Assembly (NCBI RefSeq): GCF_009914755.1
Contig: NC_060931.1
DNA length: 64,000 nt
Source of the DNA: the human T2T-CHM13v2.0 reference genome, Homo sapiens
Reading direction: 5' to 3' (one strand)
Below, piece by piece: positions 1 through 22,900 of the stretch. The notes under the pieces were generated by a model. It was not told the DNA's origin. It did not search any database and was given only the letters and a program-made list of their open reading frames with translations. Positions within the stretch are counted from its first letter, which is position 1; each line of letters begins with the position of its first letter. A program made the position numbers and the translations under genes.

Positions 1-689
1 CCATGTTGGCCAGGATGGTCTTGATCTCTTGACCTCGTGATCCACCCACCTTGGCCTCTCAAAGTGCTGGGATTACAGGTGTGAGCCACCACGCCCAGCC
101 AATTTTTGTATTTTTAGTAGAGACGGGGTTTTACCATGTTGGCAAGGCTGGTCTCAAACTCCTGGCCTCAGGTGATCTGCCCGCCTCAGCCTCCCAAAAT
201 GCTGGGATTACAGGCGTGAGCCACTGTGCCTGGCCAAAACTGTTTAAAAGCATTGTGGGCTTTATATTTCATCAAGCCAGACTGCCATAAAGTTTGCAAA
301 TTTAGACCACCTTGTTTTTGACTTGCAGAATTGCTTTCGCTCAGTTGTATTTGGTGCTTAAGATTTCTGTGAAACTAACTTCCGAAATTCATGTTGGGGT
401 GTTAAGGAAATTGACCTCTGAGTTGCCAAGTCCTGAGGATTCAGGCTGGAATTGGGGTGAAGCAAGTTGAGGCACTTTGGGCCCTGAATTTAAGGAGGTA
501 CTGGCTCCCAAGGTAACACAAGTGTTGGATGGGCACCGTCCTGGTAGAATTCCCTCCTCTTTGGGTTCCTTAGCACTGCCCTTTTCTGGTCTTTCACTGA
601 TTGACTCTAGGTCTGGCTATGTGATTTTCACGGCTTTGGCCAATGGGGTATTGGCAAATCTGCTCCCTAAGTCCTGTGCATTGGGACTT

Positions 690-1650
<961 letters not shown>

Positions 1651-1764
1651 TCACTATGTGGGTGTACCCAGTCTCTGGCTTCTAATGTCAAGGGCCTCCA
1701 ACTTGACACTTCCAGCTCAGAGTATGTTCTTAAGGCCCTCCCTCACTTATAGAACTTCCTAGTG

Positions 1765-2549
<785 letters not shown>

Positions 2550-2555
2550 CTACTA

Positions 2556-3142
<587 letters not shown>

Positions 3143-3407
3143 TCAAGAGTTCGAGACTAACCTGGTCAATATGGTGAGATCCCGTCTCTACTAAAATTAC
3201 AAAAAAATTAGCTGGGAATGGTCGCATGTGCCTGTAATCCCAGCTACTAGGGAGGCTGAGGCAGGAGAATCACCTCAACCTGAGAGATGGCGGTTGCAGT
3301 GAGCCAAGATGGCGCCACTGCACTCCAGCCTGGGTGACAGAGTGAGTGAGACTATGTCTCAAAGAAAAAAAAAAAAAAAAAAAGAAAAATCTCCAAGTAT
3401 GTTTGGA

Positions 3408-3705
3408 AGAGGTTGACCAACTGCCCTGATTTTCCTGGGACCAAGGAGAATTTCAAGATGTAAGACTTTCATTTTTGAAACCAGGACATTCTCCAGGAAG
3501 ACAAATTGGTCACAGGACTTTGAAACAATTTACTTATGTAAATCTATGAACTCTAAATACAGATCGAGTATTGTGAATGAAAATTAAGCATCCAAACTGA
3601 GATGTGCTATCATGTGTAAAATGAACCCTGGATTGCAAAGATTATTATGAAAAAACTTCAAAGTATTTTATTAATAATTTAAAAATATTGATTATATGTT
3701 GAAAC
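3408..3705. mobile_element. hAT MITE fragments (MER94-like, then MER33-like)
   Basis: GTTGACCAAC...TTGGTCAC inverted ends; AAACTGAGATGTGCT...TATTGATTATATGTTGAAA. Confidence 0.45.
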
Positions 3706-3724
3706 ACTTTTTTTTTTTTTCTGA

Positions 3725-3832
<108 letters not shown>

Positions 3833-3932
3833 TAGCTGAGATTACAGGCATGCGCTACCACGCCCAGCTAATTTTTTTTTACAGCAGAGACAGGGTTTCA
3901 CTGTGTTGGCCAGGCTAGTCTGGAACCCCTGA

Positions 3933-4124
<192 letters not shown>

Positions 4125-4360
4125 TGAGTAGCTGGAGCTACAGGCGCGCGTCATCATGCCCAGCTAATTTTTGTATTTTTGGTAGAGACGGGGTTTCACC
4201 ATGTTGACCAGGCTTGTCTCGAACTCCTGACCTCAGGTGATCTGCCTGCCTCAGCCTCACAAAGTGCTGGGATTACAGATGTGAACCACTGTGCCTGGTC
4301 AAAATGCTAATATTTTGGCAGCACTTTGGGAGGTCGAGGCAGGCGGATCACTTGAGTTCA

Positions 4361-4648
<288 letters not shown>

Positions 4649-5122
4649 TCAAATCATGATGGGGCTGGGTGCGATGAGGGGAGGTCTCTTCTGTTACAGG
4701 CTACCGTTAGTCCACACTTGGTCTGACCTAGTGGCCTTCTGTGCATGGCGGCCGCCCGGCATAGATTTTGATGATTTCCCATGTCACAAGCCTTGTCTTC
4801 ACAAGGTGAGCTTCTGCAGCCTCCCTGTGGCTAAGATGCAGGCACATCAGACCTGTGTATGGCTCAGGTTCAGAAGTGAGCACAAGGTTCATGGATGGGA
4901 TTTCAGAGAAGGCAGCAGGGATTTGTCTGGTAACAATTACTGTATACTACATAGCTCACACTTAGTGGAGAAAAATGACAAAATAGCCCGGTGCAGTGGC
5001 TTATGCCTCTAAGCACGGTGGCTCATGCCTGTAATCCCAACAACTTGGGAGGCTGAGATGGGAGGATTGCTTGAGACCAGGAGTTTGAGACTAGCAAGAT
5101 CCTGTCTTAAAACATTTTTTTA

Positions 5123-5272
<150 letters not shown>

Positions 5273-5274
5273 TC

Positions 5275-5480
5275 AAAAAGAAAGAATGAAAGAAAAGAAA
5301 GACAAAAGAAAGAAATGAAAGGCCAAAGAAAGAAAAGAAAGACGAAAGAAAGAAAAGATGAAAGAGAGAGAGAAAGAGAAAGAAAGAAAGAAAAAGAGAA
5401 AGAAAGAAAGAAAAGAAAGAAAGAAAGAAAGAGGAAAGAAAGAAAGAAAGAAGAAAGAAAAAGCAGGAAGGAAGGAAAAT
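5275..5480. repeat. GA-rich (GAAA)n low-complexity Alu tail
   Basis: Direct reading. Confidence 0.9.
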
Positions 5481-6919
5481 AGGACATGACATTATATTAA
5501 CTCATTAATTCTTCTTTTTTTTTTTTTTTTGAGACGAAGCCTCACTCCATCACCCAGGCTGGAGTGCCGTAGCACAATCTCAGTCACTGCAACCTCTGCC
5601 TCAAGCAATTCTCATGCCTCAGCCTCCCGAGTAGCTGGGATTACAGGTGCACACCACAATGCCCAGTTAATTTTTTTTTTGTATTTTTAGTAGAGACGGG
5701 GTTTCACCATGTTGGCCAGGCTGGTCTGGAAGTCCTGATCTCAGGTGATCCTCCCGCCTCGGCCTCCCAAAGTGCTGGGAGAATTCTTTTTTTTTTTTGA
5801 GACAGGGTCTCACTCTTACCCAGGCTGGAGTGCAGTGGCGTCATCACGGTTCCCTGCAGCCTCAAACGATCCTCCCACCTCAGCCTCACAAGTAGCTGGG
5901 TCTACAGGCACACACCACCACACCTGGCTAATATTTGTATTTTTTGGTAGAGATGGAGTTTCATCATGTTGCCCAGACTGGTCTCAAACTCCTGATCTCA
6001 AGTGATTCTCCCACGTCTGCCTCCCAAAGTGTTAGAATTACAGGTGTGGGCCACCATGCCTGGCCTGAACTCACAAATTCTATAGGTTGCTAATTCAGAC
6101 AGGGCCTGTGAGAACAGTTTGTCTTTGCTCTGTGGTATCTGGCCTTTACTTGGAAAGACCTGAATGCTGGCGGTGATTTGGATGCCTGGGGGCTGGGGTC
6201 GCCTGGAAGCTTCTTTACTCTGTGTCTGAAGCCTGGTTGACGGGTGCCTCTCTCCATGGGGCTAGGGCTTCTCACAGCTTGGCAGCTGGATTCCCAGAGA
6301 GGATATCGCAGGGAGAGTCTGGAGAGCAAATGTGCCAAGAAAGTCAGCTGGAAGCCACATGGCCTTTTATGACCTAACCTCAGAAATCAAGCTGGGTGCG
6401 GTGGCTGCTGGACGCGGTGGCTCAAGCCTGTAATCCCACCACTTTGAGAGGCTGAGGTGGGTGGATCATTTGAGACCAGGATTTTGACACCAGCCTGGCC
6501 AACATGGTGAAACTCCGTCTCTACTAAAAATACAAAAATTAGCTGGGTGTGGTGGTGCGTGCCTATAATCCCAGCACTTTGCGAGGCTGAGGTGGGCAGA
6601 TCACTTGAGGCCAGGAGTTTGACACCAGCCTGGTCAAGATGGTGAAACTCTGTCTCTACTGAAAATACAAAAATTAGCCAGGCGTGGTGGTGCATGTCTA
6701 CAGTCTCAGCTACTCGGGAGCTGAAGCATGAGAATTGCTTGAACCCAGGAGGCAGAGGTTGCAGTGAGCCGAGGTTGCGCCCCTGCACTCCAGCCTGGGC
6801 AACGGAGCAAGACTCCATCTCAAAACAACACACAAAAAGAGAAATCATAGGGATGTCACCTGCATGGTATTCTCTGGGTTGAAACAGGTACAACCCCAGC
6901 TTGAGTTAGGGGAGGGGGC

Positions 6920-7325
6920 TGATATAGTCTGAATATTTGTCCCCTCTAAATCTCGTGTTGAAATGTGATCCCCAGTATTGGAGATGAGGCCAAGTGGGAG
7001 GTGTTTGGGTCATGGGGGCAGATGCCTCATGAATGGCTTGGTGCCCTCCCTGTGGTAATGAGTGAATTCTTGCTCTATTCACTCATTCTTTCAAAGAGCT
7101 GGATCTTTGAAAGAACCTGGCATGTCTGTTGCTCACCACGTGATCTTGTCGGCCCCCCTTCATCTTCCACTATGATAGGAAGCTTCCTGCGGTCCTCACT
7201 AGCAGCAGATGCTGGCACCATGCTTCTTGTACAGCCTGCAGAACCACGAGCCAAATACACCTCTTTTCTTTATAAATCACCCAGCCTCAGGTATTCCTTT
7301 ATAGCAACAAAAACAGACTAAGACA
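6920..7325 (+). mobile_element. MaLR MST-family solo LTR
   Basis: TGATATAGTCTGAATATTTGTCCCC...CCCAGCCTCAGGTATTCCTTTATAGCAAC...GACTAAGACA. Confidence 0.85.
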
Positions 7326-7486
7326 GGGTCATAGACCCTGCTTCTTGATGGAGGAGGACAAAGTTACTTTGCAGAAGAGCATGTTGGATGAAGTTACTTT
7401 TGTAGCCATTTTGGGAAAATACAACTTGACATTTAGAAAGGTGAAGTCCTGGAGAAGGTGTGGCTGTGGAAGCTGCCACAGCTTCA

Positions 7487-7603
7487 TTTTCTTCCTTCCT
7501 TCTTTCCTTCCTTCCTTCCTTCCTTCCTTCCTTCCTTCCTTCCTTCCTTCCTCCCTCCCTCCCTCCCTCTCTCCTTCCCTCCCTCCCTCTCTCTCTTTTT
7601 TTT
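7487..7603. repeat. (CCTT)n/(CCCT)n microsatellite
   Basis: Direct reading. Confidence 0.9.
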
Positions 7604-8164
7604 TGAGACAGAGTCTTGCTCTGTTGCCCAGGCTGGAGTTCAGTGGTGTGATCTCAGCTCACTGCAATCTCCGCCTCCTAGATTCAAGTGATTTTCATGC
7701 CTTAGACTCCCAAGTAGCTGGGACTACAGGCGCCCACCACCACACCCGGCTAATTTTTGTATAGCGGAGATGGGGGTTCACCATGTTGGCTAAGCTGGTC
7801 TCGAACTCCTGACCTTAAGTGATCCACCCACCTCAGCTTCCCAAAGTGCTGGGATTACAGGCATCAGCCACTGTGCCTGGCCCACAGCTTCATTTTCTTA
7901 TCAGGACAGTTCTGCCCCATGGTGCTGGGTAAGGGTCCTATAACTTTAAGCCTAGACTTTATTTCTTCAGCTTTCCAAAAGATCCTGTTCTCTGTTCAAT
8001 GTTTTAAAATTAAGCTTTTTGGCCGGGTACTATATAGCTCATGTCTGTAATCTCCGCACTTTGGGAGGCCAAGGTGGGAGGATCGCTCGAGGCCAGGAGT
8101 TTGAGACAAGTTTGGCCAATACAGTGAAAGCCTGTCTCTATAAAATAAATAAATAAAATTAGGC

Positions 8165-9025
<861 letters not shown>

Positions 9026-9362
9026 ACAAAAAAAAATTAATTTTCTTTGAGACAGTCTCACTCTGTCACTCAGGCTGGAGAGTAGTGGTGTGATCATAGC
9101 TCACTGCAGCCTCAATCTCCTGGGCTCAAGTGATCCTCCCTCCTCAGCCTCCCATATTTTTAATACAGACAGGGTTTCACCATGTTGGCTAGGCTGGTCT
9201 TGAACTCCTGACCGCAGGTGATCTGACCTCAGGTGATCTGCCCGCCTCAGACTCCCAAAGTGCTGGGATTACTGGTAGGAGCCATCACACTTGGCCAGTT
9301 TACTTGATGTTTTAAAAATAAATTCCTCTGCTATGTAAACTGACCAGAATGGATTCTGTTGA

Positions 9363-9593
<231 letters not shown>

Positions 9594-9595
9594 TA

Positions 9596-9888
<293 letters not shown>

Positions 9889-10691
9889 TCAATAAATAAA
9901 TAAATTCATTCATTCATTTCTTTGCTATGTAGACTGACCAGAATGGATTCTGTTGCTTGCAGCTAAGACCCATAACTGATGTACTTGGCATTCAAGGCTC
10001 ACTGTGGTGTGGTCTTTGCTTATATCTCTGGTCCCATCTGCCACCATTCCCAGCCTAGTACTTTACCCTCCAGTGAAAGATCTCTCTCCCTCTTCCATAC
10101 TCTCTCATGGCCTCTGACCCTTGTACAGGCTGACAGATCCATATTTATTTCACCTCTGTCATCACCTCCTCCGGGAAGCTTTCTGTGATTTTTCCCAGCA
10201 GTGTGGGGTACCTGCCTCTCATCTGTATGTCCACAGTTCTTTGGGGCAGGGCCATATGCTCGTTAAGATCATGGTCTCTGGCCAGGTATGGTGGCTCATG
10301 CCTGTAATCTCAGCACTTTGGGAGGCCAAGCTGGCGGATCACTTTGAAGCCAGGAGTTCAAGACCAGACTGGCCAATATGGCAAAACCCCTCTACTAAAA
10401 ATACAAAAATTAGCTGGGTGTGGTGGTGTATGCTTGTAATCCCAGCTACTTGGGAGGCTGAGGCAGGAAAATCACTTGATCACTTGAACCTAGGTGGCGG
10501 AGGTTGCAGTGAGTGGAGATTGTACCACTACACTACAGCCTGGGCGACAGAGACTGTCTCAAAAAAAAAAAAGGCCGGGCGCTGTAGCTCACGCCTGTAA
10601 TCCCAGCACTTTGGGAGGCCTAGGCGAGCAGATCACAAGGTCAGGAGATCGAGACCATCCTGGCTAACACGGTGAAACCCCGTCTCTACTA

Positions 10692-11267
<576 letters not shown>

Positions 11268-11271
11268 TTAG

Positions 11272-11529
<258 letters not shown>

Positions 11530-11871
11530 TGATCTTGAACTCCTGACCTCAAGTGATCTGCCTGCCTTGGCCTCCTAAAGTATTTTATTATTTATTTTTT
11601 TACAAAAGAGATGGAGGTTTTACTAAGTTGCCCAGGCTGGTCTTGAATTCCTGGACTCAAGCAATCCTCCCGCTTTGGCCTCCCAAAGTGCTGGGATTAC
11701 GGTCATGGATGTGATTACCACCACACCCGGCCTGAACACACTGTTTAATCTCTGTGAATGCTCTTTTCCTCCTAGGTAAAATAGCATAATAAGAGTTCCT
11801 GACTCATAGGTTGCAACAAAAACTGAAGAAAATGCTAAAAAGCACACAGCATGGCTGGGCGCAGTGGCTCA

Positions 11872-12165
<294 letters not shown>

Positions 12166-12559
12166 TTAGGCCCATGGTCAATGTTAGCTGTGGTCATTCC
12201 TACGGTCATGCCCAGAAGCCCTGACCTGTCATTCATCGCATGAAGTTGAAATGGTCCGATTCCATGGGGGCTGTCACTTCCCTTATACCAGTTGCTTAGC
12301 TCCAGGATGGCAGAGGCCACTCCTTTTTCATCTTTCTATTCTCAGAGTTGACCTAAAAATAGGTGTTTGTCAAGTGGCCTAAATGGATTACCCACCCCAG
12401 CTCCTGTAGTTCCTGCCACATGGGACACCATGAGAATCTTCTTTTCTAGCTCTGTGCCAGGAAAGCTTTTGCTGCCTCCGAAGACCTGGGAAGTTTTCTC
12501 CTTGGGGACAATTAGGCAACATGGCTCAAGGGCTGCTGCTGGTATCTGGAGTCTGTTAG

Positions 12560-13174
<615 letters not shown>

Positions 13175-13537
13175 TAGTAGAGACGGGGTTTCACCGTGTT
13201 AGCCAGGATGGTCTCAATCTCCTGACCTCGTGATCCACCCGCCTCGGCCTCCCAAAATGCTGGGATTACAGGCGTGAGACACCACACCCAGCTAATTTTT
13301 GTATTTTTAGTAGAGATGGAGTTTTACCGTGTTGGTCAGGCTGGTCTTGAACTCCTGACTTTAGATGATCCATCCACCTTGGCCTCCCAAAGTACTGGGA
13401 TTACAGGCATGAGCCACTGCACCCAGTCTAACCTGGGTTTCAATCCCAGCTGTGTGGCTTGCATCCTGTGTGAACCTTGGTGGAGTTATTTCCCTCTCTG
13501 TGCCTCATTTCCTTATCTGCTAGTTTGGCCTGACACA

Positions 13538-13686
13538 CAGGACCGGCTACATAATTTGCAGGGCCCGTTCCAAAATGAAACTTGAGGGCTCTTGTTGAAA
13601 AATTATTAAGGATTTCAAAATGGCCACCGTACAGCATGAAACCGAGTGTGTAATTGCATGGCTCATGCCCCCTGAGACCGGCTCTG
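13538..13686 (-). mobile_element. MER45A-like hAT MITE
   Basis: Inverted ends CAGGACCGGC...ACCGGCTCTG; 8-bp TSD CTGACACA/CTGACACT. Confidence 0.75.
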
Positions 13687-13754
13687 CTGACACTCACCCA
13701 GAGTGCATGCTGGTTTTTTCCTATCTTGCTCAGTGCTCTGTCCACAGTCCCTAG

Positions 13755-13934
<180 letters not shown>

Positions 13935-15660
13935 TCAGCTGGTTGTGATGACAGGTGCCTCAACAACTCAAGAGGCTGAGGCAGGAGGATTGCTTAAGCA
14001 TAGGAATTTGAGGTTGCAGCGAGCTATGCTCCTGCCACTGCACTGGAGCGTGAGTGAAACAGCCAGACTCTATCTCTAAAAGAAAATATTAAAATTTAAA
14101 AAAAATTAGTTGGGTGTGGCAGCACACACCTGCATCCCAGCTACTCAGGAGGCTAAGGCAGGAGGATCACTTGAGGCCAGGAATTGGAGGTTGCAGTGAG
14201 CTGTGATCACACCACTGCACTCCACCCTGGGTGACAGAATGAGACCCTATCTCTAAAAAAAAAAACCAATACAACAAAAACAAACAGATGTCAAAGGAGG
14301 GGCTCAAACAAATATAAATTAAAAACAGAAAGAAAGAAAGAAAGACATAGGCCAGGCACAGTGGCTCACTCCTGTAATCCTAGCACTTTGGGAGGCCAAG
14401 ACAGGTGGATCACATGAGGTCAGGAGTTCAAGACCAGCCTGGCCAACATGGTAAAACCCCATCTCTACTAAAAATACAAAAATTAGCTGGGTGTGGTGGC
14501 GCATGCCTATAATCCCAGCTACTTGGGAGGCTGAGTCAGAATTGCTTGAACCCGGGAGGTGGAGGTTGAAGTGAGCCGAGATCACGCCATTGCATTCCAG
14601 CCTGGGCAACAAGAACAAAACTCTATCTCAAAAAAAAAAAAAAAAAAAAAAAAAAAAGACCGGGTGCGGTGGTGGCTCATGCCTGTAATCTCAGCACTTT
14701 GGGAGGCCGAGGTGGGGGGATCACGAAGTCAGGAGATTGAGTCCATGCTTGCTAATTTGGTGAAAACCCGTCTCTACTAAAAATACAAAAAATTAGCCCG
14801 GCATGGTGGCAGGTGCCTGTAGTCCCAGCTACAAAAATTAGCCAAGCATGGCAATGCATGCCTGTAATCCTAGCTACTCGAGTGGTGGGGCACAAGAATC
14901 TCTTGAACCCAGGAAGCGGAGGTTGCAGTGAGTCAAGATTGCACCGCTGCACTCCAGTCTGGCCAACAGAGTGGGATTCTGTCTCAAAAAAAAAAAAAAG
15001 AAAAGAAAGAAAAGAGAATGCCTTTAGGAAAGGAAAGCCTCAATGCTCTTCCTGGCACACAGTAGATGCTCAGGAAGTATCTGTTGAATGAATGAATGAA
15101 TGAATGAATGAATGAATGCGTGGACAAAGCAATTCTTTGGCAGTCTTGCTTAAGGGCAGGCTCCCTTTGTGGCTTGTATTCTGTACTCTTTCCTGACTTA
15201 TGAAGGAGGAAAGGAAGGAAACCGGTGTGTGTCCAGGGCTTCTCCTTGGTGCCCGTGGGTACATTGTTGCGTCTGATCCTCTGGAGAGGTAGGGATTCAT
15301 GTGCCCTTTCTACAGATGGGGAGACTGAGGCTAGAGGAGGTTAGGAGGAAAGGTGCACGTGGACCCAGCTTTCCTTGGGTCTCCCCAGGGCTGCCCCAGG
15401 GCTGAGCAGGCAGAGGTGGTGAAGGAACACCTATGAGTCAGATCAGTGAGGGAACACTAGGCACCATGGTGAGGATGACAGCTCCAGGCTGTCCATAGGC
15501 AAGGCTGCAGCAGGACAAGAGGCCACTCAGTCTTTCCCTCCTATCTCTCTCTGCACCTGGGCTCACTTCCATCTGCCTCTTCTCCTCTCCTCCCCACTCC
15601 TCAGCTTGTGCCCTTTCAGCATTTTTTTTTTCTTTCTTTTTGGTCTTAATCCATGGCTGA

Positions 15661-15864
<204 letters not shown>

Positions 15865-15958
15865 TGAACTCCTGACCTCAAGTGAGCTGCCCGCCTCAGC
15901 CTCCCAAAATTCTGGGATTACAGGTATGAGCCATTATGCCTGTCCTGCCTGCACGGTT

Positions 15959-15961
<3 letters not shown>

Positions 15962-16022
<61 letters not shown>

Positions 16023-16464
16023 TTTTATTATACTTTAAGTTGTAGGGTACATGTGCACAATGTGAAGATTTGTTACATATGTATACATGTGCCATGCTGG
16101 TGTGCTACACCCATTAACTCATCATTTACATTGGGTATATCTCCTAATGCTATCCCTCCCCCCTCCCTCCACCGCACAACAGGCCCTGGTGTGTGATGTT
16201 CCCCACCCTGTGTCCAAGTGTTTTCATTGTTCAATTCCCACCTATGAGTGAGAACATGCGGTGTTTGGTTTTCTGTCCTTGCGATAGTTTGCTCAGAATG
16301 ATGGTTTCCAGCTTCATCCATGTCCCTACAAAGGACATGAACTCATCCTTTTTTATGGCTGCATAATCCATAAATGGATTTCTTAATCCAGTCTATTATT
16401 GATGGACATTTGGGTTGGTTCCAAGTCTTTGCTATTGTGAATAGTGCCGCAATAAACATACGTG
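15962..16464 (-). mobile_element. 5'-truncated primate L1PA 3' end with a (GAAA)n tail
   Basis: TTATTATACTTTAAGTT...CCCACCTATGAGTGAGAACATGCGG; 18-bp TSD CCTGCCTGCAC(G/A)GTTTCT at 15944 and 16465. Confidence 0.93.
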
Positions 16465-16849
16465 CCTGCCTGCACAGTTTCTAAGAACCAAAAGGTTGAC
16501 CTGGTGGAAGATAGAGGTTGCAGGCCCTCCACACCCCTGCTACTCATACCTCCATGCTTCAACTTTTCCATCTATAAATTGGGGTTGTTATAAGGATTCT
16601 GGGTGATGTGTGTTGGTTCTGAGTACAGTTCTGGCCAATGGGAAGTGCCCAACAGAGGAAAATTGTTGTTGTTATTATTTTGCCTGTTCCTAAGCCTAAC
16701 CCAACAGAAGCTCTTTAATATTCTGGAAACTGGGATGGCACAGTGGCTCATACCTATAACCCCAGCATTTTGGGAGGCCAAGGTGGGAGGCTCACTTCAG
16801 CCCAGGAGTTTGAGACCAGCCTGGGCAACCTAGCAAGACCTTCTCCCTA

Positions 16850-17008
<159 letters not shown>

Positions 17009-18041
17009 TTATTATTATTATTATTTTTAAGTGGCCAGGCATGGTGGCTCATGCTTGTAATCTCAGCACTTTGGAAGGCTGAGATGGGAGGATTGCTTGA
17101 GCCCAGCAGTTCAAGAACAGCCTGGGCAACATAGTGAGACCCCTTCTCTAAAAATAAAATTAAATGTTTAAAAATCTGGAAACTAATTCTGGAGAGGACT
17201 GGAGTCTGAGATTCTGAAGGTTTATTTTGGATACATTGTACCTCAATTTTATGATCACGAAAATGCAAGTCTCTGCATGTCTGACCCCCAGGAAGGTGTT
17301 GAGATGTTGGTCATTTGAGTCAGTGGACAGGAAAACCAGGGGTGAATCCTGTAGAATTTACACAGGGCCAAGTTTGGATGGTAAGCCCAGGGAGGGCAGG
17401 GCTGAGACGAAGCATGGCCTTCCCCAACATGATGTTCATTTAAGGTTTGTGGAGTGACTCACGATGCATAGGTGGTGACTGACCACTGGTGAGTATACTG
17501 GAGCTAGAGAATGACCCCATGTCCTAAGCAGCCCCAAAATTTCTTGGCAGGTCACAGCAGAGGGAGCTGTGCCCAGGGAATCTTTTTGGACATTGCAAAG
17601 ATGATTTTTCTCTCTTGGGAACGAGTCTGATCTCTTTAACTCCTTTGTGAAGATGCCAAAAACATCTGCAGTGGACACTGCTGGAATTGCTCATGAGATG
17701 TAAGCCACGTTTCAGAGAAAAGAGCAATCTATCAGAGGATATTCCTTCCAGCAACTGAGAACCTTTCAGAGCTTGATTGCTGTGAATGCTCCAGCCTTTC
17801 CAAAGTGTTTTACGCCACTCTCAAATGAGATAACGAAGCACTTTAATTTACTGTTCAACTCCCAAACAGAGTGAGTGGGTAAGGCGTCATCCGCACCCCA
17901 GGCCTAAGGAGATAGAAGGCTGGAACCAGGCTCAGGAGGCCACACTGAACCCAGCATGTTGTCAATGGTCCTCAGATCTATTTTTTTTTTTTTTTTTTTG
18001 AGACAGGGTCTTGCCCTGTCACCCAGGCTAGAGTGCAGTGA

Positions 18042-18313
<272 letters not shown>

Positions 18314-18716
18314 TGACCCATGGGAACAACTTTGCTGGGCCTCTGAATTTGACTAAATGTCCTTAAATTCTGTGGACAGGATCAGAGTTTAGATTAAAGT
18401 GAGGACATCTCCTTCCCTTCCTTTTTTATCCTCCACTACAATCACAATCTCTGTCATTTTATGAGAGGGAAACTGAGGCTCAGAGGAGTTGAGTCACTCC
18501 CTTCGGAGTGCAGAGTTAGGTCACAAAAGACTAAAATTAGATCCAGGTCTGCCTGGCCTTCCACTACTCTAGAGGCTGCTCCAGAGGGGTTCCCTTTTGT
18601 CTCACGAAGGCCTGGAGCCACTTGGTCACCCTCTCTAGAACTTCCCTCCAAGAATATGAAAAGGCATTCTTCCTCATTCATGGCAGATGCAGATGAAAAC
18701 ACAAAGCGTAAGGCTA

Positions 18717-18992
<276 letters not shown>

Positions 18993-19324
18993 TCAAAAAG
19001 GAAAAAGAAAAATAAAAAGAAAGCACAAAGTACAGCCCTACTGTGGCAGAGTGCAGAGGCACATGGTTCACACCACCTTCCATGAAGGGTTTGTGGCCCC
19101 TCTGTGAATGCTGTCCACAGGAACTGTCTCAACTACAGGGAACTCCTTCTCCCAATATCCCATGGCCGTGGAAGGGTGGAGGTCCAACCACCTTGGCCAA
19201 GCCTGGACAAGTGTGAATGGCTGTTTCAGCTCCTGTTCTCCTGGGCTCAGTGGAAGCTTACCTTCTCACCATTTCTCCATTGCTTGCTCCTGCTTCCTTC
19301 TGGCCTCTTGCTCTCAAGAACACC

Positions 19325-19356
<32 letters not shown>

Positions 19357-20369
19357 ACAGTGTCTTGCTCTGTCACCCAGGTTGGAGGTGCGGTGGTGCA
19401 ATCATGGCTCACTGCAGCCTCTTAACTCCTGGGTTCAAGTGATCCTCCTGCCTCATCCTCCTGAGTAGCTAGGACTACAGGTATGCACCATCATGCCCAG
19501 CTTTTTTATTTTTTGTGGAGGTGGGGGTCTTGCTATGTTGCCCAGGCTGGTCTTGAATTCCAATTCCTGGGCTCAAGCAATCCTCAGCTTCCCAAAGTGC
19601 TGGGATTACAGCCATAAACCACTGTGCCTGGCCTTCAAGGGCACTGCTTAATAAATATCCTGCTTGCTCAATCCATCTCAGAGCGTTTCATGGGGAACGT
19701 CATCTGTGAGGTTGCACATACAACCTGTGCATATGTATCAAAACATCCCTAGGTACCCCATAAATATGTGCAATTCTTATTTGCAATTGAAACAAAACAG
19801 GCTGGGTGCAGTGGCTTATGCCTGTAATCCCAGCACTTTGGAAGGCTGAGGCAGGCAGATCACTTGAGGTCAGGAGTTTGAGACCAGACTGGCCAATGTA
19901 GTGAAACCTTGTCTCTACTAAAAATACAAAAATTATCCAGGTGTGGTGGCACATGCCTGTAATCCCAGCTACTCAGGAGGCTGAGGCAGAATTGCCTGAA
20001 CTCAGGAGATGGAGGTTGCAATGAGCCAAGATTGTGCCACTGCATTCCACCCTGAGCAGCAGAGTGAGACTCCATCTCAAAAACTAAACTAAACTAACTA
20101 AATAAATAAAACAAACAAAATCTTGAAAAAATTAAAGAATTTTATCTATCTAAATTCCCCTTTCCTTCTCCCTAACACGAAAAGCTCTATCCTGTTAACC
20201 ATGTTTTGAAACTCCATAAACCAACACATACATGGTTAGTTGATTTTTTTTTTTTTTTTAATAATAGAGATAGGGTTTCAACATGTTGCCCAGGCTGGTC
20301 TTGAACTCTTGGGCTCAAGCAATCTGCCCACCTCAGGGTCAGCTGGTTTTTACAAAATGGCAAAGACAA

Positions 20370-22270
<1,901 letters not shown>

Positions 22271-22289
22271 AAGTTGAACCATAAACATT

Positions 22290-22900
22290 TTATATAACTG
22301 GTATCATATTGTATGTATCCTTCTGCAACCTGCTTTTTTTGCTCACTACTAATGACTTTTGAGGTTTATCCAAGTTGATACTACGTAGACTATAATGATA
22401 TATGTAGCTTTTCTTTCTTTATTTTAACTGCTACAACATATTCCATTATACATTATACTTTGTTTATCCAGTCTCCTGTTGGTGAACATTTACTTTGTTT
22501 CTGTTTTTTTCTCTTGTTTTAAACAATGTTGCAATAAACATTCCTGTAAATGTATTCTATAGCACTAGTGCTGGAATCTCTCTGCAAGATATTTACGTAG
22601 AATAGTATGTGGAATGGTTGGGATAAGAGGGTGGTGAATATCTCTGTTTTGCTCTCCAAGGGCTTATACCAACTGACACTCTACCAGCATGTGTCAGAAT
22701 CTCCTTTTTCTACACACCCATCAATAATTGGGATTATCAGACTTTAGCTTTTGCTTAGCTGATAAATGTAAAATGATATATTGTTGCTGCTTTATTTTTA
22801 CAATTTCTCTGATTGTCATTGTGGTTGAACATCTATTCATGTTTGTGGGTCATTTGGGTTTTCCTTCTGTGAATTGCCTGTTCATATTCTTTGCCTGTTT
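22290..22900 (-). mobile_element. Old L1M fragment
   Basis: GTTGAACATCTATTCATGTTTGTGGGTCATTTGGGTTTTCCTTCTGTGAATTGCCTGTTCATATTCTTTGCC. Confidence 0.7.
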
